NCBI RefSeq assembly: GCF_009834535.1
Contig: NC_045696.1
Coordinates: forward strand, 51,896,001 to 51,960,000
DNA length: 64,000 nt
Direction of reading: 5' to 3'
From: Camelus ferus
Taxonomy: Eukaryota
In this document: piece by piece, positions 38,990-53,345 of the stretch
Layout: every line of letters begins with the position of its first letter
Position numbering within the stretch: the first letter of the stretch is position 1
Translations under genes and position numbers: made by a program
The notes under the pieces: model-generated
What the model was told of the DNA's origin: nothing
Database searches by the model: none
The model's input: only the letters and a program-made list of their open reading frames with translations

Positions 38990-39320
38990 CTGTCACAGGT
39001 AAGACTTAAATGAATGGGACAGACATTGAGGGCAACAGAAATCTCAAATAAAGAGAATGTTGGCATGACTGGTAAAGCTCTTGCAGGGAATGGTATTTGA
39101 ATTGGATAACTCAGAATAAATAAGATTTGGCTAGACAGAAGGACAAAGATCATTTTAAGCTGGGGGTGTAGGTGAGTGGTGATAAGAGCTGAAGGTCAGA
39201 GGTAAGAATTGTTTAGGATCTGTTAAACTGTTTAGGATAAAACTGTGAAGGATAATTTGGGGTAAAACAATAGACAGTTTTGAATTTCAAAAGCCAATTT
39301 TGGCTTTCTGGTAGAATTTT
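38990..39320 (-). mobile_element. Degraded L2 fragment
   Basis: Purine-rich L2-antisense pattern: agatgag...agacttaaatgaatgg...gacagttttgaatttcaa. Confidence 0.45.
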
Positions 39321-39366
39321 TAATTGCTCACATATTTTCCCAGTGCAATTCAACATCTCTTTAGAA

Positions 39367-39537
39367 CAGCAGTTCTCAAATTAAAGTATGTGCCAGAATC
39401 ACATGGAAGGATTGTTCAAACACTAATTGCTGTACTCCACCTCAAAGTTTCTGATTCAATAGGTTGGGGTGAGGCCCAAGAGTTTGTGTTACAACCTATT
39501 CCTGGTGACAATGCTGTGGGACTGCTGTGAACCACTG
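39367..39537. mobile_element. MER5A hAT-Charlie MITE with intact 8-bp TSD
   Basis: TIRs cagcagttctca...tgtgaaccactg; CTTTAGAA on both flanks (39359-39366, 39538-39545). Confidence 0.85.
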
Positions 39538-40809
39538 CTTTAGAAGATGATAAGACAGAGTGGATGGAAGAGGTTTTTCCTTAAAATAAAAAAAAAAAAA
39601 TAATTCAATAACTGAAAGTCCTCTTTATTTCCTATAAAATTTCATCCCCTTTCATGCCAGGTCATAGAAAAACCTACATGAAGACTTACGGAGAAAAGTG
39701 CTTACTTTGATCTCCTAATCTCCTCTTTTGGGTTCAGGTCCTTAACTGTGGGAATGAGGAGCCCCTGATCCAAAGGAACCCAGGCCAACCAGCCTGGAAA
39801 CTTTAGAGAAGACTTAATCAGCATTAAGGATTTTCAAGAATTGAGAGTAATAGAGCCAAGAGATTGGAGAAGGTGGGTGGACTTTTTATTACAAAGAGCC
39901 CCTATCAATTTGTGCTGGACATTTTGTCCTTGAGTTACACTTAACATCCTGCTCCATAACCCACAAACTGTTTTCAACTTGCCCTCATTCACCTTTTCCT
40001 TTTCTTTAACAGACACCCAGGAATGAGCGAGTGGAAGAAGACCTCTTAACTTACACCTGTGTCACTGTTTAAGCATCTCTACCTCCTGCTTTAAAATCTT
40101 TCTCCAAACCAAACTTCTGCTATGCAGTGACTATACTTTAAGAAATATTTCAGAAGGCAGAAAGAGGAAATGAAATGCTTTGGGAGACTATTTTCTCACA
40201 CATGACTCCAAGGGCACTATCACACAAGTCAGTACTTTATTTTCAATGGCAGAGCAAAAAAAAAAAAAATTTGTGTTTTAAGATTCATGTAGAAGTCTTT
40301 GTGGAAAAAAGTCAAAAGTGGATTTAAAATGTTTGAATCTCCAAAAATCTCTCAGTAACAGCAGCTTGTTTATTTCCTAGCCATTTATCTTTCCTTAAAA
40401 TAAGAAACTATATAATTACAAAGTATAATTAATAATAATAACAACAATTACCACAAGTACAACAGAAATAATGATAGTAAGCACCATGGGCCCAGATCCC
40501 CATAGTTACAAAAGATAAGAATTTGTCTCAGTATTTTCAAGAACAGACGGCAGCCCAATAATACAGGGGAAAGAAAATTGAAAGGAAAAAAATCTTTCCT
40601 ATACTCCCTGGAAAGTATCACAGAAAAATAGACAATAAACTTTAATACCTGTTGTTAAGAATCTTCATTTTACAGATCAGTTCAGGCAATTTAAACAGAC
40701 AACAACATGAGGCCTCTAACGTCTCTTAGGAAACAGTATCAACATTAATTCCTGTCTGGTCCCAATTCCATTTCTAGTTAAGCATCCCCATCCACTCATA
40801 AGAAGAAAG

Positions 40810-41150
40810 AAATAGCATTTGTGTAGTGTCTTATAGTTTATAAAGCACTTTCACAAACATCATATTACTTGATTGTCTCAACAATCTTGTGGGATAGGTA
40901 AGTAGGGAAAGTATTAATATTATACCCATCAGAAAATGAGAGAATTAAGGATCAGAGAAGAAGGAAATAAATTAATCTTTACTAAACACCTACACTGGGT
41001 CAAACTCTATGCAGACTTGAAAAGAATCCCACATACAGAGTTTTATGTAACATGAAATAGGCTCAGAGAATCTGAAACCTGCCCAAGGTCACAAACGGCA
41101 GAGCTAGGCCTTGAATGCAGATAAGATGCCCTGCTTTGCCACCAAACCAC
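40810..41150 (-). mobile_element. Two adjacent MIR fragments
   Basis: tagcatttgtgtagtgtcttatagtttataaagcactttcaca...; aggctcagaga...cctgcccaaggtcaca. Confidence 0.65.
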
Positions 41151-42209
41151 AGACTTGACTTTACTTGTACATGTCTAGCTATAGTAACTGGCCCTCTCAA
41201 GAGGAGGCGTGTTCAATTGCCAAATGCTATAACCACTACTAGTTTCAGGGTTTTTGTTTGTTTTCAGTTAGCCTGATGAAAAAGGTTTACATTCGTTGAG
41301 AAGATGTGCATCTTTATAATATTATTTAATATGTCAAGAGAAAAAAAGAGAGAATGTATTATTTCATTGGTTTAGAACAGCAACTTCTAAAAGTTACTCC
41401 AACTACCCACAGACACAAGAGACAACACAGCTCCATTTCCACCAAAATATTCAAGACAAGAAAGAAAAAACAAAAGACTAACCAATCTCAAAGGCTAGGT
41501 TCCAGCATGGGCTCAACTTTAAATTACCATTATCTAAAAAAGTGGCGAGTACGTATGCATATTAAAATGAGGGATAACAGCAGAGGGTATATGAACAAAA
41601 TAAGTCATCCATTCCTTGTTCTGTCTCATAGCTACAGATTCAGACTTTGAAACCTCCTGACCAAATGACCGTATCACTTTTTATTTTTACTTTTTATGTG
41701 CATTTTCTTGTACAGTTTGTCTGTTTTGTGTTTTAAGACCTTAGTTACAGTCTCCCTCCACTCATGTATGCACAACTTCTGAGTTAGAGCATTTAAAGCT
41801 TTGGCAAAGCAATGTCTTCCTACAAAAGAGGCAGAGGTTTCACCCAGAAGGTATCCTGGGAATTTGGGCTGCAGAGGTGAATGGAAGTCTAGAGTATGAG
41901 TAAAGATTTGTGAAATTAGATTGAATTTTTGAGTATTAAACAAAGACATTTATTGAAAGAAGATTGCTATATGTACTGAACTACTATCTTGCCATTGAGA
42001 ATTTTCATAGAATTGCAGAATTTCACAATTGTTGCTGTACTAGGAATTTTATTTTTATAATGGCAGAATATTGTTGTTGGACTTCATTAAAATTATATAT
42101 CACAATCATCTGTCTAAGGCTCGAACATCCTATAAACATCCCTGTAACGCAGCTGTCTTTGCTTAAACACCTTGACCTTACAGAATTAGTATTTGTTGAT
42201 ATTAGGGAC

Positions 42210-42605
42210 TGTTGTAAGCTGACTATGCCCCCTCTCCCCACACTCCACCGCTACTTCATATGTGAAGCCCTAACCCCACAATGTGACTATATTTGGACAC
42301 AGGGCCTTTAAAGCAGTATTTAAGGTTAAATAAGGTCACAAGGGTGGTGTTCTAATCCAATAGGACTGTTGTCCTTAGAAAAAGAGGAAGAGTCATACAG
42401 GATGAGTGCATGTAGAGAAAAGGCCATGTGAAGAGATATAGTGAGAAGGAAGTCATCTGCAGGCCAAGGAGAGAGGCCTCATGAGGAACCAACCCTGCCA
42501 ACACCTTCATTCTGGACTTCCGGCCTCCAAAACCAAGAAACAAATTTCTGTTGTTTAAGCCACACAGTGTGTGATATTTTGTTAGAGCAACTGGAGGTTT
42601 TCACA
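42210..42605 (+). mobile_element. MLT1A/B-type (ERVL-MaLR) solo LTR
   Basis: ttcatatgtgaagccctaacccc..aatgtgactatatttgga..agggcctttaaag..aaggttaaa..aggccatgtgaaga..ccaaggagagaggcctca..aaatttctgttgtttaagcca. Confidence 0.9.
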
Positions 42606-42849
42606 ACAACTTGCAAGGTAGAACTTGATTATATCTACTTTACAGGTACAGAAACAGATTGTGGGAGATTTGAGAAATGTCCTAAGAGACATAATGGGTA
42701 AGGGGCACAACCAAGATTTAACCTAAGTCTGTCCTCCACACCAATATTTTTTTCCCTCCTTGTCTGTGTTTTCTACCTTTGAGCACGTAAGGGTGTTTAA
42801 AAAGTTAGTTTTTATAATGACCTGAATATTTTATTTTTGTATGTTTCAC

Positions 42850-43700
42850 CACTGGCTTGTGTTCTACTTGGAGTCACAGAAAACAATATAATTCATCTTC
42901 TTTGTGACAGTCCTGAACACACCAGAATATAGTTATCATATTCCTTCCTTGTGAATTTCCAAACAATCCCAGTTCCCTTCACGATTCCTCATATCATATG
43001 TTTCATTTCCCTGCCATACTGGAAACTTACTCCTGAGAATGTTCCTATTTGTTCCGATTTCTTGTACTGGACTGTTAAGCCATATCTCCCCTGTATCATT
43101 CATAAGCAGTCTTTTGAAAATATAAAGACAAAATTTTGCATTTATCCATTTAAAAATTTTTATCTGGTTAGATGTAGCACATCATTCCAGTCCTTCATGA
43201 TGTGTTTGGAACTTGACTGCTTCATCCAACAACTTTCCTATATATTCAAATTCATGTCATCTGCAACTCTGATGAACAAGAGTTCATACAAGTCATTAAA
43301 AAAAATGGTGGTCAAGATAAGGCTGAGGCTATTCCTGAAATATGCCATAGGAATTTCTTCCACTATAATACTGAGCTATTTGTTTGTAGCTAATAGTGTG
43401 GCCATTCAACCAGTTACTACTCTGTCTGTACTTAGATTAGTTACTAATCTATCTGTACATCTAACCCAGGCAAGATCAGATTGTATATTGTAGACATGCT
43501 TTCACTGAAGCCATTTTGGTTTCTAGCAAGCACCACTTCTTTCCAGAGATCATAAACCACTGTTTCATGCTTTATTGTTTTAATAATGCATTCTAGGCGT
43601 TTGCTCAGAACTAACATCAAGCTATTTGTCCTTATAAACTGCCTTCTTATATTTTCTAAAAATCAGAACATTTTTTATATCTATCTCCAATTGCCTAACA
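42850..43700 (-). mobile_element. L3/CR1 LINE remnant (RT region)
   Basis: tgtcatctgcaactctgatgaac...caagtcattaaaaaaaatggt...aagataaggctgagg, antisense to the CR1 FADD-coding region. Confidence 0.65.
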
Positions 43701-45627
43701 TTTTTTTCTCTTCTCCTCAGATATGAATGGCAGTAACTGACCTTATTAACAAATCCACTTACTAGCTTCTGGCTCTCTAGCCCTATTTCTAGGCTCTCCT
43801 CTGTTTCCTTTTTTCCTGTGTCCTTCCAAGGAACAGAGTCTTTACGTGTAATCATGGACTGCATCCAGGGATGGTATGCTGGTCAGAGATGGGTCGGCAA
43901 ACCAGAAGAGTAGAGAGGACTTAGGGGGCTGACCTCGGGCCTGGCTGTGCTGGAGGAGGAGAAGGGGCTATGGTTAGGTGTGGCTTTGCACTCATCCCTA
44001 TGCATGCTCTGCCTAACCTATTTTTCACTTCTGGCTGTGCACCTAGACAGAGTTACATCCTTTTTCTATTCACTTCAGATGATTTTCTTTGCCAAAGATT
44101 CAAGACATCTTTGTATTTTTCAGTCTTTAACTGAGAAGTTATGTTGTGATATATCATGCTTTTATTTTCTCAAGAAGAATTTCTCTGAGGCAGGCTGGTC
44201 CCCTGACCTTTACCTAATCAAGAAAAGTTGTTTGGGGGATGGGAGATGGGGAAGGCAGGCTGGACTTTAAATGCCCAAATCAGTTCTAACAAAAACACTG
44301 AGATTCAGGTGCCTGAGGTTAGAAATACTGGAGGGAATTCAATTACACTAATTAATATTTAAGAAGGGCTAGAGATCACATGCTGAATGTGGGAAACTAG
44401 GCCAGTCAGACATGAGCATATGGGGAGGGCAAGATCAACCGATAAAAGTAACAAACAAATCATACATAAATGCTCCAACAGGAATGAAAAAGAATATAAA
44501 GTAAATGTTCCAAATGACACTGAAGAGGAGGTAAAGTAAATGGTCTACCAGACATAAAAGTGAAATGTTCTAACGCATACAAGACATTTTATTGGTTTTA
44601 TATAAACACATATATTATAAAAATGATTTTTTCCAAATAAGTTAGTAGGACATGTTTCTCATTTATAAAAACAGACTTAGTTTGGGATCTGTGGATTCAG
44701 AAAATATTATATTGGCTTTCATTTCCTGACTGGCTCATCGAGTTGTAGGCTCAGTAAGGCTTGACTTTCATAACAGATAGTTCCCTAATGGCCAGGCCTG
44801 CCTGGACACTCAAAACCAGAGGAGTATTCTAGGTTCTACACAAGCTTTTCTAGTTCTGGCTCTGATGTAATTTGGTTGGTACCACATTCTCCCATGAACT
44901 TGATTTTTTGTTCCTGGCCCAGTCAATTCTGATTTTTGGTCACTCTTTTGTACACTTCAAAGCTTTCTAGAGCAGGCACTAATGGTGCCAGAATTACCTA
45001 GCTTCTACCATGTAAATGATTCTTTTTCTTCTGTTCTAGCACTTACCTACCCTTCCCACGCCTTCTCCACTTCTAAGCCCTCTCTCTCTCCTTCCTCTTG
45101 CTCTAGTTAATCAGAAGGTTATGCCCCGAACCTTGTACTACTACTCTGTCAATCTTATTCTTTCAAAGCGCCACACTCTGGAAGCCACTATTTATCAGTG
45201 TACAGCCCTGTCTTGGGAACTTCGAAAACTGGAAGCCCAGAGGACTCACTGGATTGCTTTTACTATCAATACATCATGCAGAAGCAGAAGTAGGAACATA
45301 GAGTAGTAGACGGGAGGAGAACTGAGACTAAGATTTGGATTCCTTTTCCAAATTCTCTAGTGTACATAGACAGTAACTAAATGACTTTGGCCAAACGCTA
45401 TGTCTACGCACAGTGTGTAGATGTTAGGCTCTTGGAGAGAACAACACAAAAAGACGAGATTCTTGCTCTTCAGGAGTTAACCTCCATTTGAAGAAATTAT
45501 TAAAAAAGTAACCAAAAAACCCTAACACTCACAAAATAAAGCATTTCCAAAGGGTCAAATTGTCCTTAAATAATAGAGGGACAGAGAGAGAGAGAAAAAG
45601 TTACTTCCTAAATATTTGAAGCAAATT

Positions 45628-46237
45628 AGTGGTTTTCAAACTATGCTTCATGGTTCTCAAGCTTACAAAGAGATAATTGAGCAATTAAATATTTAATTTA
45701 AATGTGAATTAAAAATACATATTTGAATCAATGTACAATTGTGATAAAAATAACATGCAAATTTAAATGTATTATATAAATTTTTAAAAGACTAATGTGA
45801 TGTTACATTATATGTACAATAAATATATACAATAAGGTTAACTATTTTTCACACAGGGCTTAAATTAATGCTTTGTAATTGGAAGGTAAACTGTTTAAAA
45901 AAAAGAAAACAAAGCAAAAAAACTTGCTACTATATGCAACTAAACTGTGTCTCATGATTTTCTTAACACTGTATAGTACTCCATTCCTCATACAAAAATA
46001 CACTGAATTCTTAAGCCAGTATAATAATCTAATTCCAAGTTGCCATTTCTTTTATATTTACCATTATATTCTTATTGATTGAGTCTATAATATTTAACAT
46101 GATTAATAATTTGGACTTATAAAATGAGTTTATTTTAATAAAATGCTACTCTTATTATTTCACATGTAGAGATTCTAATGAAATTTATTTAGAAAAGAGG
46201 GTTCTGTTGTTTAAAGAAATAGGAAAAAAATCTCTGG
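45628..46237. mobile_element. hAT-Charlie non-autonomous element (MER113/MER103-like)
   Basis: Begins agtggttttcaaactatgcttcatgg; ends agaaaagagggttctgttgtttaaag...aaaaatctctg; AT-rich interior. Confidence 0.45.
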
Positions 46238-46984
46238 ATCAAATAATTTGTATAAACTCTCCAACTCAAGGCAGTATGATTCTCTTGCTTCTGGTTCCAG
46301 GCTGTTCAATTTCTGAATTTACTGACTTGCTGGCTCTGACCACTGTATACAGCAGATATATGGGGCCCAGACTAGATTTCATTGTGGCTACTATTCCTTC
46401 AACCTTAAGAAAGATGATGTTTTTACCCTGAGGAATAGATTACATATCATGAAACTATCACACATTGAAAGAGGTCACCTTATCTTAAATTTACCCAACA
46501 CATAAAATTTATCAGATATTCTTAGAGTGCCAGTTATCAGAACTTAATATATTAGTTTAAAATTTAACCAGCAGTTGCCAAGAAATAACTTAATGGAAAC
46601 GTCTCAAATTATCTAAGAATCAATGCTTAAATTCACTATGTAAAATGTGGACATTTATTCATTTATTTTACATTTACTCAAAATATATCATATCAAAATA
46701 CTCCAGAATATTTTTCCTAACATCAATCAGCTGTTATCTATAGTTAAGAAAAAAGTGACTTCCCACTACTACTGAGAATGAAACTAGCAAATCTGAGGAA
46801 AGATTCATTTTCAAAACCTGAACTATGCTCTACTATGAAATGTTTCAAACTCTTATGACACTGAAGGAATAAGGCAAGAATAAACTGACTTGAGGTCTTT
46901 TGTAGGCTCTTATATAGAATAGTTAAACCAGACTTAGGCGCATATTTGTTTTTTAAAGGTTGTGACTTGAAAGGTACTACAGGA

Positions 46985-47215
46985 CAAAGGTTAAGAGTGC
47001 ACCTGAGTTTCTATTCTGGCTCCACATTCCCAGCTACGAGACCTTGAGCAAATCACTTACTATCTAAGCCTCAGTTTTCATTTTTGTTAAATGGAGGAAA
47101 TAATAAGAATACTTCTCCTCATAGATTTGTAGTAAGAAATAAGTGAATAAATAAAATAATGAATGAAAGTTACTTGGCACATTCCTAGCACATGAGAAAC
47201 TCTCAATAAATATTA
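46985..47215 (+). mobile_element. MIR SINE
   Basis: ggttaagagtgc...gaccttgagcaaatcactta...agcctcagttttc...ctctcaataaatatt. Confidence 0.8.
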
Positions 47216-49919
47216 TTAACTCTAATTATTAAAATTGCTAAACATCTAAAAGCCAGTATTTTTCTTCTGGTTATTTTCTTCTATGACCTTATTTTACTCA
47301 TAGTTTATTGACTATATGTTCTTCCCTTCTGGAATAATGTTCTGTTTAGATTTTTTCTTTTTTTCTAGAATGTTCTCTGACTCTTCACCTCCACTCCAAT
47401 CATCAGATAGGATTGCAGGGCTTCATTTTGGTAGTTTTATACTTGCTTTTCTGTCACTGCTTGTGTTATTTTCTTGTTCCTACTCAGTGGTTTAAAAAGT
47501 AAAACTCAAGGAAGAACTAAACATTATGAGGAATTTATTGAGATGAATGGTTATCAAAATTGAGCAAAAAAGGATATTATTAAAAATAAATCACACTAAG
47601 GGAGAGCAGCTGATGACAGCAGCTGTGAAATGGCTGTGCATGGTGGGAATCAGTGAACCCCAAAGAAACAAAAGAAAAAATTATGGAAGGCCATGAAACT
47701 TACATGATTTACAAGGGAAGTCTAAACTTAATGAACAGCCTCTGAAGATTACAGGAGCTAGGAAAGTCATTTTTGGATGAATATTTGGACAAGACAGTAA
47801 CACTAAAAGGACTGATGTTCTCTGATCAAATCAGAACTACTAATAAGAACAGAATGAGAAGATGAATGGAAATTTTTACTGTATTTGCTTTCTTCACTGC
47901 ATAACCTGTGATGAGGGAAGGATATCCTTGTGTATATCCATATAGATGAGATGCCTAGAAAATCCTTGATAAGATGGCAATAGCAATAAGGATGGTATAT
48001 TTTTAAGAGCCAAAGTTAGAAATTCATGGACAAGTTGAATAAAATTAAAATTCCATGTTGGCAGGCATTGGGGCAAAGAATTCTATGACACAAAAGTTTT
48101 TCTTAACTAGGACTCTAAGGCTTTAGTTGTTTGAAAATTATTTCATGTAGGCAACATAAGAACAAATAGTTGGTTTACTGCAAAGGTGCATGCAGATATA
48201 TGGCTTTTCCCCTTGTACCTGGATATAGACCTCCCTCTCAACTTCCATAAGCACTAAACTTAGTTAAAAAGTAAAAATAAAGATACTGCAGAGGAAACTG
48301 AGATGGTAATATAACATCACGCCTGAGAGAATAAACTATTGAGACAAGATAAACAAAACCAACTGAGATGAGACAAGCAAGCTTAACACAAGTCAAGGAA
48401 GTTATATTGTTAAAATAAAAATACTACTAAACAGAACCAAACTTGCTATTCATAGGAATTCATGGGAATAGCAAGTGAAAAATTTTTCTCAGAATCTACA
48501 TAGATGATTCCTATGAGATTACTACAAACATGGGTAATTTTTTTCAGCATTGCCTTTGTTTCCAAATGAAATTTTAAGACATTTCATGAAACAAATAAAA
48601 CCTTATCAGAAATAAACCCTTAAAATTACTAAAAACAAAAGGCTAGCCTACTTAGGAAAAGAAAACTCAAGTCAGTCACAAATGGTGAGGTAACTCTGAC
48701 TTAGGGAGACATAGTACAAAATATTTTCATTAAAGCCCCTGATATCTTCCCTTCTTGAGAAGAAGCTGCTCTACTCTGCTGAAAACCTATAAAGTTACAA
48801 ACCAGTATTCAAAGAATATTCATTTGAAATATCCATTTAGGAAAAAACCCCACATTCATTCTCATATTAACATGAACGTATAAACTTCTAAAATCATCTT
48901 AAAAAGAGAAACATCACTCTTGTAATTAAGTGTTCTTGCTTTTTCCGATAGTGGGCATTTAGAAAATAACAATAATGCAGGAGCATAGAGTTGTAGTGAA
49001 TCCAGTCACGAGGTCAGTATGAGAAGTTAATGTATGACTAAAATCAAGCTTTCCTTTCATGCTACTATTCTATAAATAACTTCTTTCTTTTGCCATGATT
49101 AAAATATCTTTTCATCAAATTTGAGATAAATGCACTAGATATGGTAAATATATTTCTGGCTTAAAATGACAACAATGTAAATTATACGATAAAGAATATA
49201 TCATTGTCCCATCTGTATTTTGATAAAAACTCTTTTTAGGTGATATCATTTCATGTTAGGCTTTTTTGTGCTGCTTAATATTATAATTAATAATTCATAT
49301 TTTTGTCTTTCCCCTCGCACTCTGACAATTTTTATTTTTAATCGGTGGGCATGTGCCAAATTGGTTTGTTATTTATTTATAATGTAAAATGACAAGGGAA
49401 TTGAATATGTGGAATAAGATAGAGAGATTTTCTTTCATATGACAAAAAATTCTTAGTAATGGGGATATTTCTCGCTTACCCTTATGGACTCAAGGGTTTT
49501 GAGAGGTTAGATCAGACGGCACCTGCACCCCATAGGACAACATATGATGAATATATTAAATAGAATTGTACATTTATGTTTTTAAAATTCATTTTAGCTT
49601 TGTGATGACAGCTGGGCACAAGCATAAAAAGGGGACAAAAAAAATCAAAATTTGTAAGACTCCTTATTCTGATAGATCCTATAGTGCCAATTAAGTACAA
49701 ATTCTGACCAAACAGATCTATTTGTATTCTTTCCTAAATGCTAAAACATGCAAATTTAGTAGAAGCAAACAGAAAATCTCAAGGATATGGAATTTCCACT
49801 GACACAGATAAAAAGTTCTGTCTGTAGTGCTTTATAGAGCATTAAATAACCCCTTCAATTCTGCCCATAACCAGAAACTACATAATCTGAAAGCTAGAGC
49901 ATTGAACGGCTGTGACAGA

Positions 49920-50095
49920 AAATTCAGAGTGTGGTCTCACAAATGATAACAACCAAATCACCAAAGGAGCTGGTTAGAATCAAGAATCACAGGCCCATCC
50001 AAGAATTACCGTGGAATCAGAAACTGTCAGAATATGGCTCTGGAATCTGCACTGGAAGCCAGCTCCTGAAGGAGAATTAAGTTTGAGAGTAGTCT
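49920..50095. mobile_element. MER5A-like element
   Basis: agtgtggtc...atcacc..ggagctggttagaat...caggcccatcc...gaatcagaaact...agtttgagagt. Confidence 0.6.
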
Positions 50096-52693
50096 TACGG
50101 CAAACCCTGAGCTCCGCATTGTCAGACATGCTCTTTCAATTCATCCTTGCGTCAAACATTAGAAAATGCACGAGACACAACACAGTGGACCAAGCGATAT
50201 GCTTCCTCAGAGATTCCAGTGTCTCCTGTTTCTTCTGTTAATTTAAAACCCATAGTCTACCATCGCTGCCTTGCTTAAGCTAGCCCCTTATCTCCAGCTC
50301 TACCTTTGCCGTCAACATGTACAGATTTTTTTCAGGCTTTCATATCACTCTATCAGTCTCGAACATTTGGAACAGAGAAACTTTTCCCAACAATTTGGTC
50401 CCAGTTCCCATTTACAACAATGCTTAATAGACTATATTTGTATATAACACTGAATATTTCTAAATAATGTTATGACCTTAATTGTTTTGATCACTATTAA
50501 AACATAATGGGTTGTAGGTTGAGCCAGAAGAGGAAGCTGGCACACAGTGGGGTTCAGTCCTTTAAGCTTAACTCATCAAGCAGCCAAGTATGAACTAGAG
50601 CACAGGCACTCCGGCACGAGACCTCCTGCCTTTCAACCTTCTTCTTAAGAGACCCTTCCCCTGCTTTAATGGAATATGCCCATTTTATGGGCCCTGTGTG
50701 TTAAAGCTATTTTCATCTATATTTATGTGTGCATGGTATTTACCTTTTAAAAATGGACTACAGAAAAACCTAATTTTATTGTGTCAGTATAAGATTATGC
50801 AATCTGGGGTGGTCTAGTTTAAAACAGCAATACTAATGATGCTAATGCAAGTCTTGTGAGGTACTGCTTCTGACCTGGTAATAGCTAGATTAAAAAAAAA
50901 AACTTACCATTTTGACTTTTCATCATTCATTTTAAGGTTTGGAGCTAGTGTTGGTATGAGAAAGAAAATATAACTGCTGTCATGTTGAATATGTATCAAA
51001 AAATTACTAATAGCCACGACTACTTGGTTAGCTGTACTTCACTATTTGAACATAACTATGGGAAGTGGTGTTCCAGAACCTTATTCATGACAACTGTCAT
51101 ATAATGAAAGGAAGCAGAAACTGTTAGCTTAAGTAAAACATTAACAAACTGATGAATTTTCAATAGAGCTCTGTCAGACCAGATTATCTGAAAAATGTGC
51201 CTCCCCCCAAACATATATCAAAATCTTCATATTTAAGTTTTTAGAGAAGGATAGAACAGATTATTTTTTAAAAAACATTTTACTTAAATGGCATTATAGA
51301 ATCTTTCAGAAATGGGAGTTGATTTAAATTTCAGTTTTTTGATCCCCAGAGGTTAGAGAAGAGGGTGGACAGAGGAAGAAGAGAGGAGGTGAAGGGTGTG
51401 TGTGTGGAGGGGGGAAGGTGGGGGGAGGTGCCCACTTGTGTGAATTTAAGCACCATGGCTTTAATGAAGAAAAATTTCCTTATTCTGTGTTTATGTATCT
51501 GTGTGAAATAAGTACTGCTCTCTATAACAGGAGTTTATATAGGCTCTATTGTAACACCCTTTGAGAATCTCTTTAAACATCAAAATGTATTTTTCCAAAT
51601 AAAAACTTCCATGATTTAGTTTTATTAAAATCTAAATGAATGTTTCCATTGATTTGTCCAGAAGGGTCTGAGCAGAGTTGAGAGAGCAACTTTTTAAATG
51701 ATAATTGGTAGCAATGTTTCCCGTCCATCAGACAGCAAGCTACAGAAATACAAAGCAATAGATATACACTTAGATAAAAATAATATTGTAGAGTCCAACT
51801 GCTATCTGAGAGGTGAGGACAGGCTGAGATGGACTCCTTGGCTTCCTTCTGTCCAAAAATTTTCTGTTTCCCTCTTTCCTATGGTTACCACCACGGAACA
51901 TGTTAAAATCTCAGTAGGGACTCTGTTTCAACTTTTCCTTTCAAAACACAGTGAAAAAGCTTAATGGAAAAAAATGTCCTTCCTATCTCCATGCCAGGCA
52001 CAGTGTAAGATCCACAAACTTAAAAGCCAGGCAAATAGTCTTTTATGTGCCCCAAAGCTCAGCAAATGACCTAGTGCTACAAAAATTCTCAAACAGGCAT
52101 GTGACCTGACTAATGTGTGCTGTGAGATGAGTCAAGAAAAATGGAACCATCTGTACTTTTATTGGACAGTCAAATAATTTCTCTCTGTCCATCCAAAAAC
52201 ATAATTTGTATACTTTAAGGGAGATACAAGGGGAGTTTTTTCTTTAAAGGATCTAATTTTTATATTTCTTTAACTGAGAAATATAACCTAATAAACATAA
52301 ATAGAGATAAATAAATGGGCTTAGAAAATCATGACTACCTTCAAAAATTGTTACTACTCATCTATGTACTAAGGCTTAAGATTTACAGGAAGAAATCAGG
52401 GAAAGGAAAAGGAATTAACAAGATGACATAATCTTCAAGAAGTGGGAAGTGGCTCCTCTGTGATGAGAACTACCAATGACTGAACTGCAAGAGTGGGTGA
52501 TGGCAAAAAATAGCAATCAGCTGTCAGGCCATGTTCATTTTGTACATGTTACCAGAGCTTTGCCATTTGTTTCTTAAACCATATGTCAACCATATACTAC
52601 CTCCATTACCCAATAAGGGAATTTCAGTGGATTTGTTCTATTTTACAAGTTTTGATGGAAAGGAGGACAGAGTAGTGACAGTTGGTAAAATAT

Positions 52694-52696
<3 letters not shown>

Positions 52697-52724
<28 letters not shown>
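52697..52724. repeat. Poly(A) tract (~28 nt)
   Basis: Direct read. Confidence 0.9.
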
Positions 52725-52726
<2 letters not shown>

Positions 52727-52919
52727 TTGAGTCTTTCAAAGACAGTACCTAACAAAATATGTGTATTTAAGAAGTCAAAGGGCAAGATGGAACTGAGCAG
52801 GATACTATGAATAAGCTGACAGACATGCATTTGTAGAGAATCATAAGATACTGGTCCTCCATTTCAAAGACTAAAGTGCCCCCTTCTTTACGGATAAGGA
52901 AGCCAAAGTGCAATATAAT

Positions 52920-53160
52920 AATAATAGCTAACATATAATATATCCAATATCATAAGGCAGAAACTATGTCAAACATTTAAAAATATTTCATTTAACTCAA
53001 AAATATCCCACAAGGCAATTATTATTTGCATTTTTATAGATGAGAAAACTAAAGCCGACAGAGATTAAATAACTTGTTCAAGTTGCACAGTAACTAAATA
53101 GAAGAGCCAATATGTGAACTAAGATCTTCTGATTTCAAAATCCAGGCTCTTAACCATGAG
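52920..53160 (-). mobile_element. MIR SINE
   Basis: atagctaacat...tttcatttaact...ttttatagatgagaaaact...aacttgttcaagttgcacag...gctcttaaccat. Confidence 0.8.
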
Positions 53161-53162
53161 GC

Positions 53163-53345
53163 CAGTAGTTCTTAACCCAGACTGTACATTACAATAACTT
53201 GGGAAGCTTTTAAAACCTGCTGATGCTCAGACCTCACCCCCCAGGGGAATCCATCAGAATTTCTGAGCATGGGCCCCAGACGTGGGTGTTGGTATCCAAG
53301 CTCTCCTGGGTGATTATAAAGCACAGCCTGAGTTGCAAACCAGTG
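53163..53345. mobile_element. MER5-family MITE
   Basis: cagtagttcttaac ... gttgcaaaccagtg termini with MER5-type interior. Confidence 0.7.

Noticed and set aside
42951..43493. 180-aa ORF, the longest in the track
   Set aside because: GTG start, no recognisable domain, antisense to a decayed L3/CR1 element.
51573..51758. IHLDFNKT as a CR1 RT motif (IYLDFSKAF-like)
   Set aside because: Too short; surrounding sequence not recognisably CR1.
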